The notes under the pieces: generated by a model
Told to the model about the DNA's origin: nothing
Databases searched by the model: none
The model's input: only the letters and a program-made list of their open reading frames with translations
NCBI GenBank assembly: GCA_001552015.1
Contig: CP010514.1
Span: forward strand, 570,001 to 602,000
Source: Candidatus Nanopusillus acidilobi
GTDB taxonomy: Archaea; Nanobdellota; Nanobdellia; Nanobdellales; Nanobdellaceae
Reading direction: 5' to 3'
Length of the DNA stretch: 32,000 nt
Shown here: in pieces, positions 1-9,644 of the stretch
Numbering within the stretch: the stretch's first letter is position 1
Layout: each line of letters starts with the position of its first letter
Translations under genes and position numbers: made by a program

Positions 1-2398
1 GTCAAGCCAGCTTTTGGCCTTGTCCTCTACGGCGGATTCCTGACCCGCCTGAGCTGACCTTATGGACCCTGCCGATACCTTTTCGGCAGGGTGCCGCCCC
101 AGCCAAACCGCCCACCTGCTGCTGTCCCCCTTCGGGTTAGCCCTGAAGAACCTAGAGGCGGGTGTTTCATCGTCGCATCCTTCCTACCTAGCGGCAGGAA
201 TTCATTGCTCCCCGCTACCCTACACACCAGGTTCTTCAGAGCAACAACAGGCTACGGTTAAGCTTCACGGGGTCCTTCTTACCCATCGGAAGTCCCTGGC
301 CTTCTCACCAGGATAGCTTTTCAGGGGGCGCCGGCCCGGGACAGTGACGGGCTAGTTACGTCGTTCGCAGAGCCAGCATTTAACTGGCAAGGCATTACGC
401 TACCTTAAGAGGGTCAGAGTTACCCCCGCCGTTTACCGGTCCTTACCCCCCTTGAACGGGGGATTCAGATACCGGTGCTGAGCAGACGTCACCCCCAGTA
501 CAAACCCTTTCGGGCTTGCTGGGAGCTATGTTTTTGGTAAACAGTCCGCCCGCCCTTGTCACTGCGACCTGCGGTCCACACCGCAGGCATCCCTTCTCCC
601 GAAGTTACGGGACCAATTTGCCAAGTTCCCTAGACCGGCTTGACCCCCACGGCCTTAGGCTGCTCACCCAGGGGACCTATTCTGGACTTCGGTACGATCG
701 CCCCGAATCGCATCCTTTCCCTTTTCATTGCCGGAAGGCCTCAGCATAACCCTTTCGGGCCCATCAGGGTTTAGACCGGTTCTCGCCATGACGGCACTCC
801 CCGGTCTTATCCCCCTTAGCACAGTAAGTGGGTTTTACCCCACCCCCGTGTATGCCTAGCCTTCCAGGTCGGGAAAGGATGTTGCGTTACCGCATCTATC
901 GGGGCGGTAGGGGAATATTAACCCCTTTCCCTTTCTCCAGACTCCTCTCGGAGCCTGGATTAGGATCGACTAACCCCAGGCTGATCTTCATTGCCTGGGA
1001 AACCTTTCCCCCTTCGGCCGACGGGATTCTCACCCGTCTGATTCTTACTACCGCGGGGATCTGCATTCCCAACGGCTCCAGGCTTCCTTTCGGGAACCCT
1101 TCTAGGCCATCGGGACGCCCGCCTACCTCACGCTGGCAATGCCAGCGGACCGAGGTCTCGGCGGCTGGCTTAGACCCGTCCGTTTTCGGAGCCTATCCCC
1201 TCGTCGGGTGAGTTGTTACACACTCCTTAGATGATAGCCACTATTAGGCCCACATCCCCGATGTCTTAGGGGACAGACTCCTTCAACGTCGTTCAGCCAG
1301 CACTTTGGGGCCTTAACCTCGGTCTCGGTTGTTCCCGTCTCGGAATTGCGGCTTTCCCGCAATTCCCGTTTCCCGGGCTACGGACCCTATGGCTTCGGAG
1401 TTGGACTCCATACGGAAACCCGTACAGAATCCGTCTCTCTACACCATAGGGATCCTAACCCGAGACCTGGCTAGGGTCAGTTTCGGCGGGGACCGGCTAT
1501 GACCGGGCCCGAGTGGCTTTTCACCTCTACCCCGAGGTCATGAGAGAGGTAAGCCCCACCTCTTCGGGCCTCCACGGGAAACCCCGCTTCGCCCTGCCCC
1601 GGGATAGATCGCCCGGTTTCCGGTCATACCCGAGTGACTAAACCGCCCTTATGGGACGGTGCCCCTCACCTGGAAACCAGGTTACGGGCTTTCGGTTTCC
1701 CTATGGCTTCGGTATAAACCTTAACCTCGCCACTCGGGTATACTCCCCCGCAAGTTCTTCAAAACTCACGGTAGAACTAGCTAGCACCTTATCTGGTACT
1801 CACCCGTCACCAGATTTTCCCAGATAAGGTGCTTAACTAGCCCTACCAGACAATCCCCGCCCGGTTTCAGGCTCTTTTCACCCCCTACCAAGGGTTCTTT
1901 TCACCTTTCGGTCGCCCTACTAATACGCTATCGGACTCGGAAAGTATTTAGCCTTGGTGACTAGTTTCCCCCAAATTCCCGACGGAAATTCAACCGCCGG
2001 TACTCCGGAAGCGAGAAATCCCGTTATTATATTCCCATACGGGACTGTCACCCTCTACGGCCCCGGACTTTCACCGGAGTTCTGAGAATATAATAACGGG
2101 AAGCTCCCGCTCCTTTACCCCACATCTCCTCTAAATTACTTTAGAGGATTCGGTTTGGGCTTCTTCCCTTTCGGTCGCCCCTACTCGGGAAATCACGATT
2201 TGTTTTTTATTCCTGCGGGTACTAAGATGCTTCCCTTCCCCGCGTTCCCCTCCCTTACGGGATGCCTTTCGGCAGGATATCCCATTCGGGAATCTGGAGA
2301 TCAGCGGTTGCATGCACCTCCCTCCAGCTTTTCGCAGCTTGCCACGCCCTTCTTCGGCTTCCGAGCCGAGGCATCCACCGAGCGGGTTCCTGAGACTA
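1..2398 (-). rRNA. 23S ribosomal RNA, partial (5' ~2.4 kb; 3' end lies beyond the left edge)
   Basis: The reverse complement contains 23S-like motifs: near the 5' end CTCGGTGGATGCCTCGGCTCGGAAGCCGAAGAAGGGCGTGGCAAGCTGCG, and at the window edge AAAAGCTGGCTTGAC. The block is GC-rich in an AT-rich genome. The length fits the first ~2.35 kb of a 23S without a large intron. The 5' boundary is approximate. Confidence 0.96.
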
Positions 2399-2439
2399 TA
2401 TATTCCCTCTCATCCCCCTCATCTTTATCATCAGGCTCA

Positions 2440-2462
2440 CTTCTCTACCTTAAGTAGAGAAG
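2440..2462. repeat. Perfect 9-bp inverted repeat (CTTCTCTAC-CTTAA-GTAGAGAAG) upstream of the 23S 5' end
   Basis: Direct reading: arms 2440-2448 and 2454-2462, 5-nt loop. It lies about 40 nt upstream of the 23S start on the minus strand. Confidence 0.7.
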
Positions 2463-2523
2463 ATCATATACATAATATTAAATAATATAATATTTAAAAA
2501 TGTATCATTAGATTTTTTCTACT

Positions 2524-4209
2524 ATGAAAGAAAGCAATTTAGATAAGAATTCTAATTTTTCTGATTGGTATAACAATATAATAAGAATTTCTAAGATTAT
2601 TGATGATAGATATCCTGTAAAAGGAATGCCTGTTTATTATTCAAATGGATATTTCGCAATTAGAAAGATATTGAGTATCTTAGAAAATGAATTAGAAAAA
2701 AATGAATTTGAGCCTTATTGGTTTCCAATATTAATTCCATATGAAATATTTAAAAGGGAAAGCGAACATATAAAAGGTTTTGAATCTGAAGTATTTTATG
2801 TTACTCCATCAAAACCTGTAGAAGAAGAAAAAGAAATAAAATATATATTAAGACCAACATCAGAAACTGAAATGTATTATATGTTTTCTTTATGGATAAA
2901 ATCTTATAGAGACTTACCTTTGTTAACTTATATGACAAATACAGTATATAGATATGAAACAAAAGCAACAAAGCCATTAATTAGAGGAAGAGAAATTTTA
3001 TGGAATGAAGCACATACTGCACATAAAGATTTAGATGATGCAGAAAAAATGATAAAAAAATCTATGGAAATATATTCAAAAATATTTTGGGATCATTTAT
3101 CAATACCACATATATGGGTAAAGAGACCAGATTGGGATAAATTTGCTGGAGCAGATTATACTTTAGCTGCAGATACTATATTACCTGACGGAAGATTTTT
3201 ACAAATTGGAACTACACATTTATTAGGAAGAAACTTCTCTAAAGCATTTAATATAATTTTTGAAGACGAACATCCATTTATAAAAATAGATAAAAATAAA
3301 TTTGAAGCATTTAATGAAGATAATTATAGATATGAAATAGAAATTATTGAAAATAAAATAAAAATAAGATTATATAATAATAAAGGAGAATTAATTAAAT
3401 CATATGAAGAAAATATTGAGTTTAATGGAGAGATATCTGAAGATAATAAAGATTTAATAAATAAAATAAATAATATAATTAAAGATAAATTTAATGAAAA
3501 TAAATTGGTTAATAAGAAATTTGCTTGGCAAACATCTTTTGGAATATCAATGAGAACATTAAGTGCAATAATTTCTATACATGGGGATAATAAAGGTTTA
3601 ATATTACCCTTTGAAATATCCAATATTCAAATAATAATTATACCAATATATTATTCGGAAGATGAAAAAAATAAAATATTAGAATATTGCGAAAATATAT
3701 ATAACTTATTAAAGGAAAAATATAGAGTAAAAATTGATAAAGATGAAACAAAAAGTCCTGGATGGAAATTTAATCAATATGAACTAATGGGAGTACCATT
3801 TAGAATATCTATTGGAAAAAAGGAATTAGAAAAAAATACGCTTACAATATCTATAAGACAATATAATAATAAAGCAAAAAACTATGAAGTAAAATTAGAA
3901 AATTTATTAAATGAATTAGATAGATTAATTATTGAATATGACAAAGAATTGAAAGAAAGAGCAAGAAAATATTTTGAGAATAAAATATTAAAATTAGATA
4001 ATTTAAAAGATCTAGAAAATAATTTAGATAAAAATGTAGCATTTAAAGTTCCTTTCTGTATGAGAGAAGAATGCGCAAAAAATATTAAAGAAAAATATTC
4101 ATTAGAAGTAAGAGGAACTGATATTATACCAGAAGATTCGAAAAATAAAAAATGTATATTTTGTAATAATGATGCAAAATATTATGTATATATAGGAAAA
4201 AGCTATTAG
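2524..4209 (+). CDS. proS: Prolyl-tRNA synthetase (archaeal/eukaryotic-type class II)
   Basis: 561 aa. Motifs include YWFPILIPYEIF, LRPTSETEMYYMF, YRYETKATKPLIRGREILWNEAHTAH, GADYTLAADTILPDGRFLQIGTTHLLG and WQTSFGISMRTLSAIISIHGDNKGLILP. Confidence 0.96.
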   Translation: MKESNLDKNSNFSDWYNNIIRISKIIDDRYPVKGMPVYYSNGYFAIRKILSILENELEKNEFEPYWFPILIPYEIFKRESEHIKGFESEVFYVTPSKPVEEEKEIKYILRPTSETEMYYMFSLWIKSYRDLPLLTYMTNTVYRYETKATKPLIRGREILWNEAHTAHKDLDDAEKMIKKSMEIYSKIFWDHLSIPHIWVKRPDWDKFAGADYTLAADTILPDGRFLQIGTTHLLGRNFSKAFNIIFEDEHPFIKIDKNKFEAFNEDNYRYEIEIIENKIKIRLYNNKGELIKSYEENIEFNGEISEDNKDLINKINNIIKDKFNENKLVNKKFAWQTSFGISMRTLSAIISIHGDNKGLILPFEISNIQIIIIPIYYSEDEKNKILEYCENIYNLLKEKYRVKIDKDETKSPGWKFNQYELMGVPFRISIGKKELEKNTLTISIRQYNNKAKNYEVKLENLLNELDRLIIEYDKELKERARKYFENKILKLDNLKDLENNLDKNVAFKVPFCMREECAKNIKEKYSLEVRGTDIIPEDSKNKKCIFCNNDAKYYVYIGKSY

Positions 4210-4210
4210 T

Positions 4211-4441
4211 GTGGCCGTAGGCTGCTTTTAGTATATATTCTTCTAAGCGGACAAGCCTTGTACCGCCAGGACATACTTCTCAAGGTGCATATACCCTCTC
4301 CAAGTTTACCCGGAGTTGCCTCCAGGTATTAACCATTCATCTTCATCGGATATATGTCCGTGATTTCTAGTTATGTAGCCAGGGGTTTCCCCCTCCAATT
4401 CCTCGGTGGCTTTATCGGTAAGCAGACCTTCCTACGGCCAC
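4211..4441 (-). ncRNA. Unassigned structured RNA, ~231 nt
   Basis: GC-rich island with complementary termini: GTGGCCGTAGG (4211-4221) and CCTACGGCCAC (4431-4441), extended by CTGCTT (4222-4227)/AAGCAG (4420-4425). The minus strand forms hairpins with GNRA tetraloops (ACCUGGAG-GCAA-CUCCGGGU and AGGGG-GAAA-CCCCU). The first has a G-U pair on the minus strand but a C-A mismatch on the plus strand, favouring the minus strand. A TATA-like TTTATATA sits about 30 nt upstream on the minus strand. Confidence 0.7.
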
Positions 4442-4478
4442 TTTTCTTTTTTATATATTTCTTATAACTATATAAATT

Positions 4479-4637
4479 ATGCCTGACCAAATGCCTCTAT
4501 TTACATACCTTGGATTATATAAGTTTGGAAAGGAAAAATCAAAAATAAAATTAAATAGAAATAAAATAATAATATTTATAATTATTTTCGCGGCTCTAGT
4601 ATATATTGCAAATATTTATATATCATGTCTAATTTAG
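4479..4637 (+). CDS. Small single-TM protein, possible preprotein translocase Sec61-beta subunit
   Basis: Hand-translated 52 aa: MPDQMPLFTYLGLYKFGKEKSKIKLNRNKIIIFIIIFAALVYIANIYISCLI. Short N-terminal GL-(Y/I)-(K/R)-F plus SKIKL basic segment, then one TM helix, resembles archaeal Sec61-beta. Not in the ORF track; overlaps the next ORF. Confidence 0.5.
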   Translation: MPDQMPLFTYLGLYKFGKEKSKIKLNRNKIIIFIIIFAALVYIANIYISCLI

Positions 4638-5077
4638 AAGAAGATTTAGAATATAATAGAAGATATAAGGAAGTCTTACATATATTTAATGTTTCATTAA
4701 AAAATAATAAAGGATTAGAGACTGTTAGAAGTTTTATAAAAGCAGTTATTGAATATTATGATTATGCAATTGAATTATATTTTAAGAAATTATATGAAAA
4801 TAAAATGATTGATGAAATTCCAGACAGTCCAATTAAAAGATATAGAAAAATAATTGAAATTACAAAGGATAAAGAACTTGAAGAATCATTAAAATATTAT
4901 AAACTATTAAAAATTGCTTTAAATTCTGATGCAAGGATAATGAATGAATATAGAAAAAGTATGGTTATAAAATTTAGGACATTGAGCGGGGAAGAATTTG
5001 AAATAAATATAAAAACATTAAAAGATATTGCAGAATCTGTTAAAAAATTTTCTACAATTATTAGTAAATATATATAA
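4625..5077 (+). CDS. Hypothetical protein (150 aa, helical, charged)
   Basis: ORF in the same orientation as its neighbours; the stop overlaps the start of the next CDS (operon-like). Confidence 0.75.
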   Translation: MSNLEEDLEYNRRYKEVLHIFNVSLKNNKGLETVRSFIKAVIEYYDYAIELYFKKLYENKMIDEIPDSPIKRYRKIIEITKDKELEESLKYYKLLKIALNSDARIMNEYRKSMVIKFRTLSGEEFEINIKTLKDIAESVKKFSTIISKYI

Positions 5078-5832
5078 TGGCAAAGGTATATACAATATCT
5101 TCTGGAAAAGGAGGTGTGGGAAAAACTTTCTTTTCTATAAACTTATCAAGAGCTCTCTCATTATTAAATTTTAAAACATTGTTAATTGATTTTAACTTAA
5201 GTACACCAAATGTATCAATAAATCTTGGATTAGGTAATGAAAATAACAATATACATAAATTTTTAAGAGGAGAAATTGATATAAAAGACTGTATAAAGGA
5301 ATATAAAGAAAATTTTTATATAATTCCTGGAAGTTTAGATATAAAAGATCTAATATATATTTCTACAGAAAAATTACATAATGGAATAATGGAAATATAT
5401 GATGATTTTGATTATATTATTATAGATTCTGCTGCTGGAATTGGTAAAGAAGCAGTAGAAGCATTAAAGGCTTCTGAAGAGGCAATAGTAATAACAAATG
5501 TTGAAAAATCATCATTAATAGATGCATATAGAGTTACAAAAGTATTAGATAGCTTGGATATAAAAACTTTTGGAATTGTTTTAAATAAAGTTAGAAGAAG
5601 AATAAATTATGTAAGAATTGAAAGATTTTTTAAAAAGCAAATAATCGGTATAATTCATTATGATGAAAATGTACAAATTTCAATGGACAATGGTATACCT
5701 TTAATAGATTATGATATAAATTCTATAGCTTCTAAAGATATAATAGAAATTGTAGAAAAAATGACTGGAAAAGAATTAAAAGTTAAAAATAGATTTATAG
5801 ACAATATATTAAAAATATTCGGATGGAAATAG
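5077..5832 (+). CDS. MinD/ParA-family P-loop ATPase
   Basis: 251 aa with deviant Walker A SSGKGGVGKTFFSINLS, LLIDFNLSTPNVS and DYIIIDSAAGIGKEAVEAL. Confidence 0.92.
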   Translation: MAKVYTISSGKGGVGKTFFSINLSRALSLLNFKTLLIDFNLSTPNVSINLGLGNENNNIHKFLRGEIDIKDCIKEYKENFYIIPGSLDIKDLIYISTEKLHNGIMEIYDDFDYIIIDSAAGIGKEAVEALKASEEAIVITNVEKSSLIDAYRVTKVLDSLDIKTFGIVLNKVRRRINYVRIERFFKKQIIGIIHYDENVQISMDNGIPLIDYDINSIASKDIIEIVEKMTGKELKVKNRFIDNILKIFGWK

Positions 5833-6095
5833 ATTTTGAATTAGATAAAATATTTGAAACATTGGATAGAAAAAAATATAAAAAAATATTATTGCAATTT
5901 CCTGATGGATTAAAACCATATTCTAAAGAAATATACGATAAAATAAAGGAAAAATATAAAGATATAGAAATATATATTTGGTTTGGATCTGATTTCGGTG
6001 GATGTGATATACCAATATATTTAGATAAATATGGATTTGATTTAATAATTCATTTTGGCCATTCAAAATTTTATAAATTAAAATTGGATGAATAA
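5823..6095 (+). CDS. Dph1/Dph2-family diphthamide biosynthesis protein, N-terminal domain only
   Basis: 90 aa with LLQFPDGLKPYSKEI, GSDFGGCDIPIYLDKYGFDLIIHFGHS, matching the first domain of archaeal Dph2 (including its domain-1 Cys). Full-length proteins are over 300 aa. Confidence 0.75.
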   Translation: MEIDFELDKIFETLDRKKYKKILLQFPDGLKPYSKEIYDKIKEKYKDIEIYIWFGSDFGGCDIPIYLDKYGFDLIIHFGHSKFYKLKLDE

Positions 6096-6324
6096 TAACT
6101 TACTTTTAATTTTATCAATTATTTTTCTATTTATTTCAATAATTTTATTACTTATTTTCTCATTATCCAATTCTTCTAATACAAAATTTGCTGGATTAAT
6201 ATTAATAGGTCCAATACCAATATTAATATCAAATTCTTATCAACTATCAATTATATTATTAATTATTTTATTGATTATTATTTTGATTATTCTTATTATC
6301 TTCTTCTACAAGATAATCATATAA
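6088..6324 (+). CDS. Hypothetical small membrane protein (78 aa)
   Basis: ORF encoding two very hydrophobic segments; overlaps the convergent HAD gene by ~57 bp. Confidence 0.35.
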   Translation: MNNNLLLILSIIFLFISIILLLIFSLSNSSNTKFAGLILIGPIPILISNSYQLSIILLIILLIIILIILIIFFYKIII

Positions 6325-6957
6325 TTCCTTTAAATTTCTAAATACCATTGTAGCACCAGCAGAAATCAATTCTCTCTTTTTATTTACACCACTAGCAACA
6401 CCTATTACATTTATTCCAGCTCTCTTTGCAGCAATAATACCATATATAGAATCTTCTATTGCTAATATTTCATTTGGTAATAGAGAAAATCCTTTTACTA
6501 TTTTAATATAACCCTCTGGGTCTGGTTTTGGTTGTTTTACATCATCAGAAGTTATTATAACATCAAATAAATTATCTACATGTAAATGCTTTAATACCTC
6601 CATTGTTAATCTTCTAGTATTTGAAGTAAAAATTGCTATTTTATATTTTTTATCCTTAAAATAATTTAATATTTGTTTTGCCCCGGGATTAAATTTTATT
6701 TTTTCTATATATTCATTTAACAACATATTTTCAAATTCTTTCCTTATATCTTCAATTGATATATTTAAATTATATTTCCTTATTATATTATATATTATAT
6801 CTTCTATAGGCATTCCAGAATTATCTAAAGAACCTTCTATCTTTACATTATATCTTTCTAATATCTTTTTATGGACCTCATCATAAACTTTTAAGCTATT
6901 TATAAGTGTCCCATCCAGATCAAGTATTACTCCCTTTAAATTGTAAAATATGACCAT
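6268..6957 (-). CDS. HAD-superfamily hydrolase (phosphoglycolate phosphatase/beta-phosphoglucomutase-like)
   Basis: 229 aa with VILDLDGTLINS, IAIFTSNT, KPKPDPEGY-like KQPKPDPEGY, and AIEDSIYGIIAAKRAGINVIGVASG. Confidence 0.92.
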   Translation of the reverse strand: MVIFYNLKGVILDLDGTLINSLKVYDEVHKKILERYNVKIEGSLDNSGMPIEDIIYNIIRKYNLNISIEDIRKEFENMLLNEYIEKIKFNPGAKQILNYFKDKKYKIAIFTSNTRRLTMEVLKHLHVDNLFDVIITSDDVKQPKPDPEGYIKIVKGFSLLPNEILAIEDSIYGIIAAKRAGINVIGVASGVNKKRELISAGATMVFRNLKELYDYLVEEDNKNNQNNNQ

Positions 6958-6995
6958 AATTATAATATTTTAAAGAAAGATATAAAATAATTAAT

Positions 6996-8036
6996 ATGAT
7001 CAAAATAAGAGAACAGATAAAGGATATAATAATTAATAATTATATTAAAGAAGGTAAAGATCCATTTGATTCTATAATTGGACAAGAAAATGCAAAGAGA
7101 CAAATATTATCTTCATTAATTTCTGGAAGAAATATATTAATAATAGGGCCTCCAGGTACTGGAAAAACAACTTTAGCAAAAAATATAGCAAAATTACTAC
7201 CAGAAATTGATTTTCCAGATGGAATTCCATTATGGGCTTATGAAGAATTTCCTTTTGTATCTGAAGAATATAGAAAAAAATGGAAAGAAGGTCCTTTTAT
7301 AAAAATAAAGGGAGAAGATAGATTTATTAGAATACAGGGTTCTTATGATCTATCTGTAGAAGATCTGATTGGAGATATTGATCCTTCAAAAGCATTAAAA
7401 TATGGTATACATTCTTTAGAATCTTTTATACCTGGAAAAATATTTAGAGCACACCATGGTGTATTATTTTTTGATGAAATAAATAGAGCACCTCCAAAGG
7501 TTCAAAATAGTTTATTAGAATTATTAGAAGAAAAGAAAATAACAATTGGGACATATGAATTTCAAATACCATTAGATATAATATTTATTGCTACAATGAA
7601 TCCTGAAAGTTATTACGGAACTGAAAAAATATCAGATGTATTATTAGATAGATTTGATATAATAAATTTAGATTATCCAAAAGATATTGAAGAAGAAAAG
7701 AAGATTATATTAAAATATGGAAAAAATTTGAATGTTAATTTTCCTGAAAAATTATTGGAATTAACAATTGAATTTATACAAAAATTGAGAAAAGATGATA
7801 AATTAGAAAAGAAACCATCGGTTAGGTCTTCAATTGGTATTTATGAAAAAGCTCAGGCTTTGGCAATAATAGATAAAAAAGAAAATGTTGAAATTCAACA
7901 TATATTTGAGGCTTTACTATCAATATTACCACATAGGATAAGATTAAAACCATCATATAAAATGGAAATAAATGAAGAAGAATATATAAAAAAGGAGTGG
8001 AATTCTTTTATAATAGGGAAAGACTTTCGGAGTTGA
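6996..8036 (+). CDS. MoxR/ChlI-like AAA+ ATPase
   Basis: 346 aa: IIGQENAK, GPPGTGKTTLAKNIA (Walker A), GVLFFDEINRAP (Walker B), ATMNPESYYGTEKISDVLLDRFD. Confidence 0.93.
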   Translation: MIKIREQIKDIIINNYIKEGKDPFDSIIGQENAKRQILSSLISGRNILIIGPPGTGKTTLAKNIAKLLPEIDFPDGIPLWAYEEFPFVSEEYRKKWKEGPFIKIKGEDRFIRIQGSYDLSVEDLIGDIDPSKALKYGIHSLESFIPGKIFRAHHGVLFFDEINRAPPKVQNSLLELLEEKKITIGTYEFQIPLDIIFIATMNPESYYGTEKISDVLLDRFDIINLDYPKDIEEEKKIILKYGKNLNVNFPEKLLELTIEFIQKLRKDDKLEKKPSVRSSIGIYEKAQALAIIDKKENVEIQHIFEALLSILPHRIRLKPSYKMEINEEEYIKKEWNSFIIGKDFRS

Positions 8037-8124
8037 TTCAGAAAATTTAATAAGAAGACCTGGAGAATCATTTAAATATAGTTCAAAGGAAATTAAGAAA
8101 AATATAAATGAATTAATTGAAAAA

Positions 8125-9108
8125 ATGATAAAAGAAGGATATCCAATATTTGATATAGATAAAATTATGGAAAATAAAAAAGAATATTCTGAGATATTAT
8201 CAAAGCTAACTGAATATGATGAAAAAAGAATAAGAGAGGATAAGGATTATAGATTTAATAAAGAATTTAAGAAATCATTGAATAAATTAAAGGAAATATT
8301 AACTAGTGAAGGATATATAGATGAAAATGGAGAATTAACTGAGAAATCTTTAATTGAATATTCTAAATATTTAATAGGAAATATAGAAAAGGAAATCGAA
8401 GGGATATTTGAATATGGAAAATATTTATCAAATTATATTGGAAATGATGAGGAATTTTATAATAAATATTTTAGTATAGGAGATAAATATAATAAAATTG
8501 ATATAAAAGAAACAATAAGAAATTATATAAAGAATAAAGAAGTTACAAGATTTGTTGTTAATGTTAAAAGAGAAAATAAAGGTGGTAAATATATAATTCT
8601 ATTAGATGTATCTGGAAGTATGATTGGGGAAAAAATATTTGAAGCAAAAAAAGCTTTAATATTATTAATATCAAAGATATTAGAAGATAATAATCTTTTA
8701 GATATAATATTATTTAATGATAAGATTGTTAAAGAATATGATAATGTTAGAGGATTAAAGGATATAATAGATATATTAAAAATTATACCAAATGGAAGCA
8801 CAGATATTGCCTTAGCATTTAATTATTTATTAAATAAAGAAGAAAATGGACATATAATATTAATAACCGATGCATTACCAACAAAGGGAAAAAATCCTGT
8901 AGAAAGAACTTTAAAGTTAGCTAAAGAATTAAGCCAATATTATTATATATCAATAATTGGAATACAATTAAATGATGAAGGAGAAAAAATTGCAAAGGAA
9001 ATAGTAAAATATGGAAGAGGAAGATTATTTATTTCTAAAGATATAAAAGATTTGAAAAAACTATTATTATTAGAATACGAAATATCTAGACAACAGATGA
9101 TAAAATAA
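8125..9108 (+). CDS. von Willebrand factor A-domain protein (CoxE/ChlD-like partner of MoxR ATPase)
   Basis: 327 aa with MIDAS-like YIILLDVSGSMIGEK, IPNGSTDIALAF, ILITDALPTKG. The start is uncertain: the frame stays open ~100 nt upstream. Confidence 0.88.
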   Translation: MIKEGYPIFDIDKIMENKKEYSEILSKLTEYDEKRIREDKDYRFNKEFKKSLNKLKEILTSEGYIDENGELTEKSLIEYSKYLIGNIEKEIEGIFEYGKYLSNYIGNDEEFYNKYFSIGDKYNKIDIKETIRNYIKNKEVTRFVVNVKRENKGGKYIILLDVSGSMIGEKIFEAKKALILLISKILEDNNLLDIILFNDKIVKEYDNVRGLKDIIDILKIIPNGSTDIALAFNYLLNKEENGHIILITDALPTKGKNPVERTLKLAKELSQYYYISIIGIQLNDEGEKIAKEIVKYGRGRLFISKDIKDLKKLLLLEYEISRQQMIK

Positions 9109-9643
9109 TTTCTTCAGGTTTATTTTCCCCTATATATTTCTTATATTTTCCTGATAATTTCTTTCTTGCAATATCTAGATAGAAACTTATTCTGTTTGTA
9201 AATTCTGGTTTATTGTAATATATTGATAAAATAATATCTTTATAGAATACTTGAGCAGCTCTTGTATATGGTTTTCCAAATGCATGTCTCATTCCTTGTG
9301 AAATTCTATCTGCACCTGCACCATATACCAATGCATGTTCTCTTACAACATGATGAGGGTATTTTCTTACAATAAATAAAAATTCTTTTACTTCATTTTC
9401 TAAATATTTTAATATATTGGTTCTTACAGCTTCTAAGGAATAATCAGATACCTGAACATTATGTAATGCAATTAAATGAGCAGCATATTTCCATTGATCC
9501 TTTGGTATGTTTATCATTCCCATAATCTGCATCCTTAATTTTGGTACTGGAGCACCTGGAATTTTATTATATGATTTACTATATGAAAATCTTGTATATG
9601 GTCTTTCTATTTCCTTAAATATTCTCCAGGGTCTCTTTGCCAT
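9086..9643 (-). CDS. rpl10e: 50S ribosomal protein L10e/uL16 family
   Basis: 185 aa: MAKRPWRIFKEIERPYTRFSYSKSY, PGAPVPKLRMQIMG, HHVVREHALVYGAGADRISQGMRHAFGKPYTRAAQV. Confidence 0.94.
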   Translation of the reverse strand: MAKRPWRIFKEIERPYTRFSYSKSYNKIPGAPVPKLRMQIMGMINIPKDQWKYAAHLIALHNVQVSDYSLEAVRTNILKYLENEVKEFLFIVRKYPHHVVREHALVYGAGADRISQGMRHAFGKPYTRAAQVFYKDIILSIYYNKPEFTNRISFYLDIARKKLSGKYKKYIGENKPEEIILSSVV

Positions 9644-9644
9644 T

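Noticed and set aside
62-2457. Five ORFs (62..316, 516..749, 828..1211, 2155..2457 and 2131..2313) in the track
   Set aside because: They lie in or across the 23S rRNA; their sequence is explained by rRNA, not protein coding.
3324-3623. Antisense ORFs inside larger genes (3324, 5061, 8523, 14281, 16919, 27266 and plus-strand shadows at 17744, 19080, 19353, 20739, 21768, 22832, 28380)
   Set aside because: Low-complexity Leu/Ile/Tyr-rich shadows of AT-rich coding genes on the opposite strand.
4211-4441. Calling this RNA SRP RNA or RNase P RNA
   Set aside because: Neither strand shows the SRP S-domain GGAAG...AGCAG signature nor RNase P CRI/CRV and P4 topology; left unassigned.
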